Assembly: GCA_038245905.1 (NCBI GenBank)
Contig: JBBRRY010000001.1
Location: forward strand, 192,001 to 256,000
DNA: 64,000 nucleotides
Direction of reading: 5' to 3'
From: Thermoanaerobaculia bacterium
Lineage (GTDB): Bacteria; Acidobacteriota; Thermoanaerobaculia; UBA5066
This document shows, one piece after another, positions 21,085 to 33,526 of the stretch. Position numbers and translations under genes: made by a program. Numbering within the stretch: the first letter of the stretch is position 1; every line of letters begins with the position of its first letter. The notes under the pieces are model-generated. The model did not search any database, was not told where the DNA came from, and saw nothing but the letters and a program-made list of their open reading frames with translations.

Positions 21085-21464
21085 GCGAACAACTCACCGC
21101 CCGCCGTCCGCGCGTCGTACCAAAGCCCTGGGGCGAGGAGCGGATCTTCGCGGAAACCAGGCGTTACGCCGGGAAATTGATCCTGATCCGCGCGGGCGAA
21201 TCGCTCTCGTTCCAGTATCACAACCGCAAGGAAGAGACGATCCATGTGCTCGAGGGAACGCTCGGGCTCGAGGTCGAGAGAGAAGGCGAAAGGGCGGACC
21301 TTCGTCTGGCCCCGGGAGAGAACTTTCACGTGTCGCCGGGCACGCGCCACCGGATGTATGCGGAAGGCGCCGATTGCCTCCTGGTTGAAGTCTCGACGCC
21401 GGAACTCGACGACGTCGTCCGGCTCTCCGACCGCTACGGGCGGGAAGGGACCTCCAAGCCATGA
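21081..21464 (+). CDS. Cupin domain protein
   Basis: KPWG, SFQYH..KEET, HRM, EVSTPELDDVVRLSDRYGR. Confidence 0.85.
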   Translation: MSEQLTARRPRVVPKPWGEERIFAETRRYAGKLILIRAGESLSFQYHNRKEETIHVLEGTLGLEVEREGERADLRLAPGENFHVSPGTRHRMYAEGADCLLVEVSTPELDDVVRLSDRYGREGTSKP

Positions 21465-22195
21465 AGATCCAGATCGCAGCCTCTCTCCTCGCCCTCGCCG
21501 CTCTTGCCGTGCTCGCCGGTCCTCGGGAGGGGAACGCGCAAGAGCCCGCACTGTCAGGCCTGACCGTTGAACCGACTCCGGCGTCAGCAACCTCGCTCAC
21601 GCCCTCGCCAAGCCCGGCTCCCTCCACCCTATCCGGAGGAAAAGCCCAGATTCCGGGCGCCGGACGCGGCAGTTCCCTCGCGGACGTCGTCAAGCTGTCG
21701 AAGGAAAATCGCAAGGATAGGGATCAGCCCCCGAAGAAATCCCTTGGAACGATTACGAACGACACTCTTCGGAAGGGCGCAACGCCGAAACCCACCGCAG
21801 CCGCAGCAAAAGGGACACCCGTCAAGACGGTGCCGGGCAAGGTCGCGCGGGGTGCGGCCTTGCCGACTCCCACGCCGGGCGCTCCCGAAGTCGCCCGCGA
21901 CGACAAGGGCCGGAGCGAGGACGACTGGAAGGCTCTCGTCGGCCAACAGAGGGCCCTCGTCACAGATGGGGAGGCCCGCGTACGCGACCTCGAAACTCGG
22001 ACGAAGCAGCTCGAGAACGACTTCTACGCGATGAGCGACGGGAACCGCCGGGATGCGGTCGTCAAGCCCGCCTGGGACCGCGCCCGCGAGGAGCTCACGA
22101 AGGCCCGGCAGGAGCTCGAAGACGCGAGGCGGACCGTCGACGGGCTTTCCGAGGACGCCCGCAAGTCGAACACGCCGCCCGGTTGGCTGCGGTAG
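21461..22195 (+). CDS. Hypothetical secreted protein with Pro/Thr linker and coiled-coil C-terminus
   Basis: Signal-like N-terminus; heptad region; ends PPGWLR; coupled to the cupin gene. Confidence 0.7.
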   Translation: MKIQIAASLLALAALAVLAGPREGNAQEPALSGLTVEPTPASATSLTPSPSPAPSTLSGGKAQIPGAGRGSSLADVVKLSKENRKDRDQPPKKSLGTITNDTLRKGATPKPTAAAAKGTPVKTVPGKVARGAALPTPTPGAPEVARDDKGRSEDDWKALVGQQRALVTDGEARVRDLETRTKQLENDFYAMSDGNRRDAVVKPAWDRAREELTKARQELEDARRTVDGLSEDARKSNTPPGWLR

Positions 22196-22225
22196 CCGCC
22201 CGGACGGCCCTGCTAAGCTCGCGCG

Positions 22226-23668
22226 GTGAGAGAGCCCGCGCTTCCCCGCAAGGCCCGCAGCGTCTTCGTCGAGACGTGGGGCTGTCAGATGAATGTGCTC
22301 GATGGGCGGCGATTCATAGGGCTTCTGGAGCGAGAGGGGATCGTCGAGGCCGGGACGCCGGAGGAAGCCGACGTTGTTCTGCTCAACACATGCTCGGTGC
22401 GCGACAAGGCTGAGCAGAAGGTCTACGACCGGATCGGACGACTCGCGAAACTGAAGCGTGAACGCGCGGGGATGGTCATCGGGGTTTGTGGCTGCGTGGC
22501 GCAGCAAGAAGGGGAGGACCTCCTGGAGCGCCTCCCACAAGTGGATTTCATCCTCGGGACCGGGCGCATCGAGGCTCTCCCGTCGGTGCTGCGGCGGGTC
22601 GACGAAGAAGGCGACCGACCCTGCGAGACGGGATTCGACCTGGATGAAGTCGTCTATACGCCCGGCGCCGTCGCTCACGCGGTTCCGCACCGTGCCGGGA
22701 TCACGGTGATCGAGGGCTGCAACAAGAACTGCACGTTCTGCGTCGTTCCGAGAACGCGCGGGCGCGAGCGCAATCGCCGCCTGCGTGACGTCGTGGACGA
22801 GGCGCGTTCCCTGGTAGAGGCCGGTGCCCTCGAAATCGAGCTCCTGGGGCAGACCGTGAACGCCTTCCGCGACCCAGAAACGGGCGAGGATCTCGCGGAC
22901 CTCCTGCGCGCCGTCGGCGCCCTGGCAGGAATCCGGCGCCTACGCTTCGTCACGTCCCATCCCGCTAGTTTCTCGGACCGGCTCATCGCCGCGATGAGCG
23001 AGACGCCGGCAGTCGTTCCCGCGCTCCACCTGCCCGTGCAGTCAGGCTCCGACACGGTCCTTCGGCGCATGAAACGTCAGTACACCCGGGCGGAGTACCT
23101 CGACCTCGTCGCGCGGCTCCGCGCCGCAGTTCCAGGCCTCGCACTCTCGACCGACGTCATCGTGGGGTTCCCGGGTGAGACGGAGACTGATTTCCTGGAG
23201 ACGCTTTCGCTCTTTGAAGAGGTCCGGTTTGCCGGCGTCTTCTCCTTCACGTATTCGCCGCGCCCACAGACGGCGGCGCTCAGGTGGGAGCACGACGTCA
23301 CACCGCAGGAAGCATCCGCTCGCCTGGTGCGGCTCGAGGCGCTGCAGCAGGGAGTCCAGAGGGGCCTGAACCGCGCACTTGAGGGGAGCACCCTGGAGGT
23401 GCTCGTCGAAGGCCTCGACCGCAAGCGGCGCAACTGCTCGGGCCGATCGCGCTGTGGACGCGTCGTGAACATCGCTGGCGAGCTGAACCTCGCGCCCGGC
23501 ACGCTCGTGGACGTCCGGATCGAGCGAGGATTTCCGAATTCTCTGCTCGGACGAAGACAGGAAAAGACCCGGGAAAGCGCCCAGGAAAAGATCGAAGAGG
23601 AGATTTCTTCGAAAGTGATTGGGGGCGGAGTCACGGGTGCGACGCAAGTGCTCGACTTGCTCTTGTGA
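22226..23668 (+). CDS. miaB: tRNA methylthiotransferase MiaB
   Basis: ETWGCQMN, NTCSVRDKAE, GCVAQ, CNKNCTFC radical SAM motif, HLPVQSGS, TRAM domain. Confidence 0.95.
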   Translation: MREPALPRKARSVFVETWGCQMNVLDGRRFIGLLEREGIVEAGTPEEADVVLLNTCSVRDKAEQKVYDRIGRLAKLKRERAGMVIGVCGCVAQQEGEDLLERLPQVDFILGTGRIEALPSVLRRVDEEGDRPCETGFDLDEVVYTPGAVAHAVPHRAGITVIEGCNKNCTFCVVPRTRGRERNRRLRDVVDEARSLVEAGALEIELLGQTVNAFRDPETGEDLADLLRAVGALAGIRRLRFVTSHPASFSDRLIAAMSETPAVVPALHLPVQSGSDTVLRRMKRQYTRAEYLDLVARLRAAVPGLALSTDVIVGFPGETETDFLETLSLFEEVRFAGVFSFTYSPRPQTAALRWEHDVTPQEASARLVRLEALQQGVQRGLNRALEGSTLEVLVEGLDRKRRNCSGRSRCGRVVNIAGELNLAPGTLVDVRIERGFPNSLLGRRQEKTRESAQEKIEEEISSKVIGGGVTGATQVLDLLL

Positions 23669-23788
23669 ATTCTTTCCTAACTCATTCTAAGAAAATAAGT
23701 TAGATGCAGAAACGTTGCTGCTCGTTTGCGGGCTGACCTTGCTTTATCCCTTATCTCTCCCTAGATTGAGTCCGGGAGAACCCCCATT

Positions 23789-24274
23789 TTGAGCGTCCGG
23801 ATGGAAGTGAAGGCACTGATTGTGGATCCAATAGCGAACATGCCTGTCGTGATCCTGCGCGACGCGGAGGAGAAGAACTTCCTGCCGATCTGGGTCGGCG
23901 TCTTCGAAGCAAATGCGATCGCCCTCCAGATGGAAGGCATTACGACCCCCAGGCCGATGACGCACGATCTTCTGAAGAACCTCATCACACAGATAGAGGG
24001 CGACGTCCTCAGGGTCGTCATCAACAACCTCAAGGAAAATACGTTCTACGCCCAGATCCATCTTCGTGTCGCGAACCGAGACGTGCTCGTGGACAGCCGT
24101 CCCTCGGACGCGATCGCACTCGCGCTCCGGCTCGCCGCTCCCGTGTTCGTAGAAGAATCGGTTCTCGAAAAAAGCCGTAGCGGGCAAGACACCTCGGAGT
24201 CCCAGAATTCCGAGCGCCTCCGGAAGTGGTTCGAGGAAGCCGATCCGGACACGCTCGGCAAGTACCGGATGTAG
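23789..24274 (+). CDS. Bifunctional nuclease family (BFN/DUF151); alternative ATG at 23801
   Basis: LPIWVG.FEA.AI, RPMTHDL, DSRPSDAIALALR. Confidence 0.92.
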   Translation: MSVRMEVKALIVDPIANMPVVILRDAEEKNFLPIWVGVFEANAIALQMEGITTPRPMTHDLLKNLITQIEGDVLRVVINNLKENTFYAQIHLRVANRDVLVDSRPSDAIALALRLAAPVFVEESVLEKSRSGQDTSESQNSERLRKWFEEADPDTLGKYRM

Positions 24275-24346
24275 TTTTCGGAGCCGGGGAGCGAATTCGT
24301 CCTTGATGCGCTCTCGGACCCTCCGTATCATCTGCGGCTCGAGCGC

Positions 24347-25108
24347 ATGATCATCACAGTTGCGAACCAGAAAGGCGGCGTGGGAAAGACCACGACGGCG
24401 ATTAACCTCGCTGCCGCACTTGCCCAGAAGGGCCTTCGCACGCTCCTCGTCGATCTGGACCCGCAGGGGAATTCCACCATGTCCTTCCTCGACCGCAAGG
24501 ACGTGGAGAAGTCGATGTACGACGTCCTGACGGATTCGAACGTCTCGGTCTTCGACATCGTCAAGCCCACTAAGGTACCGAAGCTCACCGTCGCCCCGGC
24601 CCGCATCTCGCTCGCGAAGGTCGAGTCCAAGCTCCTCGGGGAAATCGACGGTCACTTCAGGCTGAAGGACAAGTTCCAGGTCGTGCGGGAGTCAGGGGAG
24701 TACGACGCCATCCTCATCGACACGCCACCCACTCTCGGCATGATCACGGTAAATGCGCTCGTCGCGTCCACGCACATTCTGATTCCAATCCAGTCGTCCT
24801 ACTTCGCCCTGGAGGGCACCGACGACCTGCTCGAGACGATCGAAAAAATCAAGAGCCGTCCGAACCCGAATCTCCAGATCCTCGGGGTCGTCATCACGCT
24901 TCACGACAAGCGCACGACGCTTGGAAGAGACATCCAGGGCCAGATCGACCAGGTCTTCAAAGGGAAGCTTTTCAAGACGACGATTTCGAAATCCATCCGC
25001 CTCGAGGAATCGCCCGCTTACCGAGAATCCATTTTCACTTTCGCTCCGCGTTCGTCAGGCGCGCTCGAGTATTACAGCCTGACTGAGGAGATTCTTTCCC
25101 GTGTCTAA
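24347..25108 (+). CDS. parA: ParA/Soj family ATPase (no N-terminal HTH)
   Basis: NQKGGVGKTT deviant Walker A, DLDPQGN, IDTPP. Confidence 0.92.
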   Translation: MIITVANQKGGVGKTTTAINLAAALAQKGLRTLLVDLDPQGNSTMSFLDRKDVEKSMYDVLTDSNVSVFDIVKPTKVPKLTVAPARISLAKVESKLLGEIDGHFRLKDKFQVVRESGEYDAILIDTPPTLGMITVNALVASTHILIPIQSSYFALEGTDDLLETIEKIKSRPNPNLQILGVVITLHDKRTTLGRDIQGQIDQVFKGKLFKTTISKSIRLEESPAYRESIFTFAPRSSGALEYYSLTEEILSRV

Positions 25109-26009
25109 GCGTCGCGGTCTCCCCGAATCCTCTCGCATGCGCCACGACTCTCACTTCGTCGATCAGCTCGTCCGCGCGGACGAACTTCCCGTCGGTCGCC
25201 GAATCGCCATTCACCTCATCGAGGCGAATCCCGATCAACCCCGAAGCGTGATGGGAGATCTGGCAGAGCTCACGAAGTCAATCGTCGACAAGGGCGTCCT
25301 CGAGCCGATCCTGGTCCGCCCACGCGGCGACGGTCGCTTCACGATCATCTCCGGCGAGCGCCGGTTCCGGGCTTCGCTGGAAGCGGGACTTGCCGAGGTT
25401 CCCTGCATCGAGATGGACGTCCCTGACAACGAGCTCCTCGAGATCGCGCTCGTCGAGAATCTTCAACGCAGGGATCTCAGTCCGTTTGAAGAGGCCGAGG
25501 GCTATCGGGCACTCAAGGAACGCCATGGATATACGCACGAGCAGATTGCGGATGCCGTGGGGAAGTCGCGCGTCACGGTCACCGAGGCGCTGTCGATCGC
25601 GAGGCTTCCTGATCGCGTCCAGGCCGAATGTCGGCGCGCCGACATCGGCTCGCGTTCCTTCCTCCTGGAGCTAGGCCGCCTTAAGGATGAGGACCTCATG
25701 CTTGCCGCCGTCGCTGCGATGACGAGCGGTGACTCCATGAGCCGCGACGTTCTCCGTGAGGCAAAGAGGGACACGCGGCGAGGAGCTGTTTCGAAGAAGC
25801 TCGGAGGCCTCAAGAAAGCCTATTCACTGGACTTCACTCCTGAAGATCGGAACTACAGAGTCAGCCTCGTACTCAAGGGACGGCTCCACAAGAAGGACGA
25901 GATTCTCGAGGCGATCAGGGACCTCGCGCGCCGAATCGAGGCAGGGGACATCGATCTCGAGACGCAGGGGAAATTCGTCAGGACAAAGGCAAAGAAGAAG
26001 ACCTCATAG
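25101..26009 (+). CDS. parB: ParB/Spo0J family CTPase DNA-binding protein with atypical HTH
   Basis: NPDQPR, GERRFRA, ENLQR.DLSPFEEA, HTH THEQIADAVGKSR; overlaps parA stop. Confidence 0.9.
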   Translation: MSKRRGLPESSRMRHDSHFVDQLVRADELPVGRRIAIHLIEANPDQPRSVMGDLAELTKSIVDKGVLEPILVRPRGDGRFTIISGERRFRASLEAGLAEVPCIEMDVPDNELLEIALVENLQRRDLSPFEEAEGYRALKERHGYTHEQIADAVGKSRVTVTEALSIARLPDRVQAECRRADIGSRSFLLELGRLKDEDLMLAAVAAMTSGDSMSRDVLREAKRDTRRGAVSKKLGGLKKAYSLDFTPEDRNYRVSLVLKGRLHKKDEILEAIRDLARRIEAGDIDLETQGKFVRTKAKKKTS

Positions 26010-26170
26010 GAAGACAGAACAGAGGCACCAGGCCAGCTCGCCGCCCGCCGCGCCCTCTCAGTCAAATCGCCGTGCGCTTTCATTAACGCCTTCAAATTCC
26101 CTTTCTAAGAAAACCCCTAATGCCCTTTTCCTTCCGCGCGCCTAATGATTTCATGTCTTGTAATTCTGAT

Positions 26171-26198
26171 ATTTAACATAATAAATCTTATCGGACCT
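26171..26198 (-). other. dif: dif site (XerC/XerD chromosome dimer resolution site)
   Basis: Minus strand AGGTCCGATAA-GATTTA-TTATGTTAAAT: 11-6-11 layout; XerD arm identical to E. coli dif; intergenic AT-rich; gene orientation converges here. Confidence 0.9.
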
Positions 26199-26242
26199 TG
26201 TGTTCTGGCCTCGGAATGAGAGCGCTTCGGCTACGATCTGCC

Positions 26243-28555
26243 GTGCTCTCGCGCTTGAATCGCTACGTCTTCCTGGAAGTAGCCGGTCCCACGGTCATAG
26301 GCTTCCTCGCGTACACCGGCTTCATGGCGGTACGAGGGCTGGTGCAGTTTTCCGAGCTCCTCGTCCAGAGCGAGCGCCCGTTCGCCGAAGCAGGTCTCGT
26401 GGTAGCGCTCTCGCTCCCGCACATCGTGGTTCTCACGCTGCCCGTCGCGTTCCTTCTCGGACTCCTCATCGGCATCGGCCGCCTCTCGGCTGACTCCGAG
26501 CTGACTGCCCTTCGAGCCTCGGGCGTCGATCTTCTCGTGCTCTATCGCCCGATCGGGGTGCTCGCGACCGTCACTGCCGGCGTGACCCTCGTCCTGATGC
26601 TCACCGTCGTCCCCCGCACGAATCACCTTCTGTATGCCATGAAGCTTCGCCTCTCGAGCTTTGCATTCGCCCAGAGAATCCAGCCGGGCGTGTTCAGCCC
26701 GGAGATCGCCGGCTTGCGCGTCTACGCCGAAGGGGCGTCTCCGGACCGGCGCGAGCTCACCGGGCTCATTATCTCGGACCGTTCCAATCCCGAAGGGGCT
26801 GAGTTGACGCTCGCGCGGCGCGGCTGGCTCGAGCTCGAGGAGGAGCAGGGCCGCTTGTGGCTCCGGGTAGAGGACGCGGAGCGGCACCACCTCTCGGAGG
26901 ACGGGCGGCGATACGACGTCACCTCGTTCTCCCGGCAGCGCATGGTCCTGCAAGACAACGGACCGACCCTTGGCGTCTCCGAAAAGCAGATCCGGGAGCA
27001 GACCCTCCGCGAGCTGCTGGACCGAGCCTCCGCCCGGGCGCGCCGCCCCGAGGACCGGCGACTCGCCCTCACCGAGGTCCACAAGAAGTTCGCGCTCCCG
27101 GCAGCCTGCCTCGTCTTCGGTCTGATCGGGCTCCCCCTCGGAATCGTCAACCGGCGAGGCGGCCGCGCGGCCGGGTTTGCGGTGTCGATCGGGATCGTGC
27201 TCTTCTACTACGCTCTCCTCGCCACGGGCGAGGCCCGCGCCATCGAAGGCCGCATGTCGCCCGCTCTCGCCATGTGGTTGCCAAACCTCCTGCTTCTCGG
27301 CTTCGGCGCATACGCCCTGGCTCGCGTGCGGCGCGACAAGAGCATCGTCGCCCTCCCCTTCAGGACGTCGCTCGTCGCCACCCGTGCCGAGATCTTGGGC
27401 CCCGGCTCGATCGCCGCCTCCGCTCCGATCGAACGCCCAGTCGCGACGCCCGGCCGCCGCGCTTCCCTGCCGGGCCTCCTTCTCGTTGACCGTTACATCG
27501 CAAGGCGATTTCTCGGCGTCTTCGTTCTCGTCGTGGCCTCGATCGCGACTCTGTACATGCTGATCGACTACCTCGAGATTTCAGACGACATCGCGCGCCA
27601 TCGGCCACCGACGTCCTTGATCCTCCGTTACGTCCAGGCTTCGCTCTCCCCCATCGTTCTGGCCATCGTGCCGTTCGCCTTCCTCGTCGCGGCCCTCGTC
27701 ACGGTTGCGAGCCTCGTGCGCTCGGCCGAGACGACCGCTCTCCTGGCGCACGGCGTTTCTCTCTACCGGACGACGGCCCCGATTCTCGTCCTCGCCGTGA
27801 TCGCAGGAGGCCTCCTCTTCCTCTTCGCCGAGCGCATCGTCCCGACGGCCGCCTCCGAAGCCGATCGACTCAGGTTCCTGTTGAAGGGACAGACGCCACC
27901 TGCAAGCAACGCCGGCGGTGTCTGGTTCCGCGGCGACGCGGGGCGTTTCTATTCCGCGGACGCCTACGACCCCGCGTCGCGCATCGCCGTCGGCGTGACG
28001 GTCTTTCAGATCGATCCGTCGACCTGGAGGCTTGTCTCCCGTCACGACGCGGCACGGGCACGCCTCGCCCCTGGGAAAGGCCTCCTCGCGGAGGACGGGT
28101 GGATCCGTACGTTCACCGAGGGCCATACTCTCGCCATCCGGCGCGACGGCCCGTTCTTCATCGATTCTCCCGAATCCGCGGCCGGATTCGTCTCTGGCCG
28201 GGCGGACCCACGCCAGATGACCTACCGCGAGCTGGCGCGCTTCATCGAGGTGCGGCGCCGGGCGGGTGCCGACACGGCGATGCTCGCGACCGGGCTGCAC
28301 CAGAAGACCGCTGGGGCGGCTTCCGCACTTCTCCTGACACTCGTCGGGCTTCCCTTCGCGTTCGCGTACGGAAAGCGAGGCGCCGTCGCGGGCGTCGGCA
28401 TCGCGCTGTTCCTTGGCCTGACCTACCTGTTCCTGTCCGCGCTCCTCGTTTCGTTCGGCGAGCAGGGAGCCATTCCACCCCTCATCGCGGCATGGGCGCC
28501 GAACGTGTTCTTCGGGCTCGGGGCGGCGTGGGGGCTTTTGGGGGTCAGGACGTAA
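26243..28555 (+). CDS. Fused LptF-LptG LPS export permease
   Basis: Two tandem YjgP/YjgQ units (RLSADSELTALRASG..WLPN; SAETTALLAHG..WAPN). Confidence 0.88.
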   Translation: MLSRLNRYVFLEVAGPTVIGFLAYTGFMAVRGLVQFSELLVQSERPFAEAGLVVALSLPHIVVLTLPVAFLLGLLIGIGRLSADSELTALRASGVDLLVLYRPIGVLATVTAGVTLVLMLTVVPRTNHLLYAMKLRLSSFAFAQRIQPGVFSPEIAGLRVYAEGASPDRRELTGLIISDRSNPEGAELTLARRGWLELEEEQGRLWLRVEDAERHHLSEDGRRYDVTSFSRQRMVLQDNGPTLGVSEKQIREQTLRELLDRASARARRPEDRRLALTEVHKKFALPAACLVFGLIGLPLGIVNRRGGRAAGFAVSIGIVLFYYALLATGEARAIEGRMSPALAMWLPNLLLLGFGAYALARVRRDKSIVALPFRTSLVATRAEILGPGSIAASAPIERPVATPGRRASLPGLLLVDRYIARRFLGVFVLVVASIATLYMLIDYLEISDDIARHRPPTSLILRYVQASLSPIVLAIVPFAFLVAALVTVASLVRSAETTALLAHGVSLYRTTAPILVLAVIAGGLLFLFAERIVPTAASEADRLRFLLKGQTPPASNAGGVWFRGDAGRFYSADAYDPASRIAVGVTVFQIDPSTWRLVSRHDAARARLAPGKGLLAEDGWIRTFTEGHTLAIRRDGPFFIDSPESAAGFVSGRADPRQMTYRELARFIEVRRRAGADTAMLATGLHQKTAGAASALLLTLVGLPFAFAYGKRGAVAGVGIALFLGLTYLFLSALLVSFGEQGAIPPLIAAWAPNVFFGLGAAWGLLGVRT

Positions 28556-28556
28556 A

Positions 28557-28615
28557 GAGGATTTTCTTAGAAGGTGCCCGTGCTCCCGACCACTCTTCCC
28601 TTCTAAGAAATCCTC
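28557..28615. repeat. Inverted repeat between convergent genes; cleanest copy of the dispersed motif pair; may also act as a terminator
   Basis: GAGGATTTTCTTAGAAGG-N24-CCTTCTAAGAAATCCTC. Confidence 0.75.
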
Positions 28616-28630
28616 CTCTTCGTCTTCGTC

Positions 28631-32150
<3,520 letters not shown>

Positions 32151-32210
32151 GTTTCTGCGCTCCAAAGCCGCCACGCGGCGAAGGGCGGAGTTTAGCAGGG
32201 CACACCGAGC

Positions 32211-32804
32211 TCAAGGCCGGAATATAAGGAATCGAGTCGTTCCGTATCGGCGGCGGTCGGCGGGCTCGAGACCCGACGGGCGATAGACCTCGTCGTCGCC
32301 GCGTTCGTGAAACAGCCAGCCCGCCGGTCTGACGAGAGCGAGTAGAGATTGAAGATCGGATTGGGAATTTGCTCCGAAAGGGGGATCGTGGAAGACCACG
32401 TCGAACAGGGAGACGCCTCGGTTCCCGAAAGGGCCCGCGGCGGCGCCTGCGATGTCGGCGCCCGAGACTCCGGCGCGTCCCTCTTCATCTTTCGAAGCAA
32501 ATCTCTCTACGGACGTCACCTCGACGCGAGACGCATCCCCCGCACCCAGCCGCTCCAGATTCCCACTCAAAGCCCTCGCAACCATCCGGTCCGCCTCGAC
32601 GAAGGTCGCGTGCTTCGCTCCGCGCGAGAGCGCCTCGAGCCCATACGCTCCCGAGCCCGCGCACGAATCGAGGACGCGCGCGCCGCGCACGGCCTCGCTG
32701 AGGATGTCGAACGCGGCCTTGCGCGCGAGCTCGGTTGTCGGGCGGATGCCTTCGGGTACTTCGAGCCGGCGTCCCCGCCACAGGCCGCCCGTCAGGCGCA
32801 CCAC
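32211..32804 (-). CDS. rsmD: 16S rRNA m2G966 methyltransferase RsmD family
   Basis: RPT, AGSGAYGLEALSRGA, DPPF, RRYG. Confidence 0.85.
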   Translation of the reverse strand: MVRLTGGLWRGRRLEVPEGIRPTTELARKAAFDILSEAVRGARVLDSCAGSGAYGLEALSRGAKHATFVEADRMVARALSGNLERLGAGDASRVEVTSVERFASKDEEGRAGVSGADIAGAAAGPFGNRGVSLFDVVFHDPPFGANSQSDLQSLLALVRPAGWLFHERGDDEVYRPSGLEPADRRRYGTTRFLIFRP

Positions 32805-32806
32805 GC

Positions 32807-33526
32807 TCAGCGCCTCTTCGCCGGAGAGGCTTCCGGCGGGCGTGACCCGGCCGCGGAGGGATCCTCGAACAGCCGCGGCAGATCGCCGCGGTATGCGAAG
32901 ACCCTCATCTTGTAGCCTCCGTGCTCACCTCCCGGGGCGAGCTCCTCGAGCTCGAAGTCGTGATCCAGGGTGTCGTCGTGAACGACGCGATACCAGACCC
33001 CGTCGACCCGCCGCCGGAGAAACGCCCCGGGCTTCAGGGCTCCGGTGTCCCACTTCGTCTCGGCCAGATCCTGCTTTTCGAAGCGGTCTCGAAGATCTTC
33101 CAGCGCCCCCCGCGCCCGCCCCACTGCCAAGGGAAGCGAGACGAAATCGTCGAACGTATACAGGCGGGACCCTCCGGCGGGATCGACGATCTCGAGTGTG
33201 ATCCGCCGGCCGCCCGCGTCACCGAGGACCGATCGGCCCGGGTCGTCGACGTCCTTCGCCCGCACCGCGAGCGCCTCGAGACAGACCCCACGCACGACCG
33301 CCACCTCCTCGGGCGCCAGCGCCTTCCGGTCGACGATCCGCTCACCCCTGAACCCACGGACACGGACGAGAGCGCCGTCGTCGAAGAGTGCCACGCGCTC
33401 CATGCCGACGCCCTGGTGCGATTCGAGAGCGGCGACGAGGTGCGGGTCGCGCTTTTCGGGCGTCGGAACAGGTGCCGGGACGGCCGCCGGAGCGAGCAGA
33501 ACGAGGAGGAGCAGGCCTCCCATCAT
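32807..33526 (-). CDS. Hypothetical secreted protein
   Basis: Signal-like N-terminus; coupled between the nucleotidyltransferase and rsmD. Confidence 0.6.
   Translation of the reverse strand: MMGGLLLLVLLAPAAVPAPVPTPEKRDPHLVAALESHQGVGMERVALFDDGALVRVRGFRGERIVDRKALAPEEVAVVRGVCLEALAVRAKDVDDPGRSVLGDAGGRRITLEIVDPAGGSRLYTFDDFVSLPLAVGRARGALEDLRDRFEKQDLAETKWDTGALKPGAFLRRRVDGVWYRVVHDDTLDHDFELEELAPGGEHGGYKMRVFAYRGDLPRLFEDPSAAGSRPPEASPAKRR

Noticed and set aside
21323-21338. parS-like fragments (TTTCACGTG near 21324; CGTGAAACA near 32306)
   Set aside because: Half-matches inside CDSs, not the 16-bp palindrome.
23789-26009. parAB as an integrated plasmid or pdif module
   Set aside because: No rep, relaxase or second dif site seen; flanks are core genes (miaB, lptFG). 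Not fully excluded without comparative data.
23669-26200. oriC next to parAB
   Set aside because: Only weak TTATCC/TTATCT fragments (about 23744-23759), no DnaA-box cluster and no dnaA/dnaN; genes converge rather than diverge, and a dif site is present.
28557-28615. Motif pairs as MITE/REP elements or CRISPR repeats
   Set aside because: Internal sequences and spacings are unrelated, no target duplications or regular array were seen, and there are no cas or transposase genes.
32151-32210. SAM riboswitch upstream of metK
   Set aside because: Leader is too short (about 35 nt from -10 TAAACT) and has no recognisable SAM-I/II consensus.
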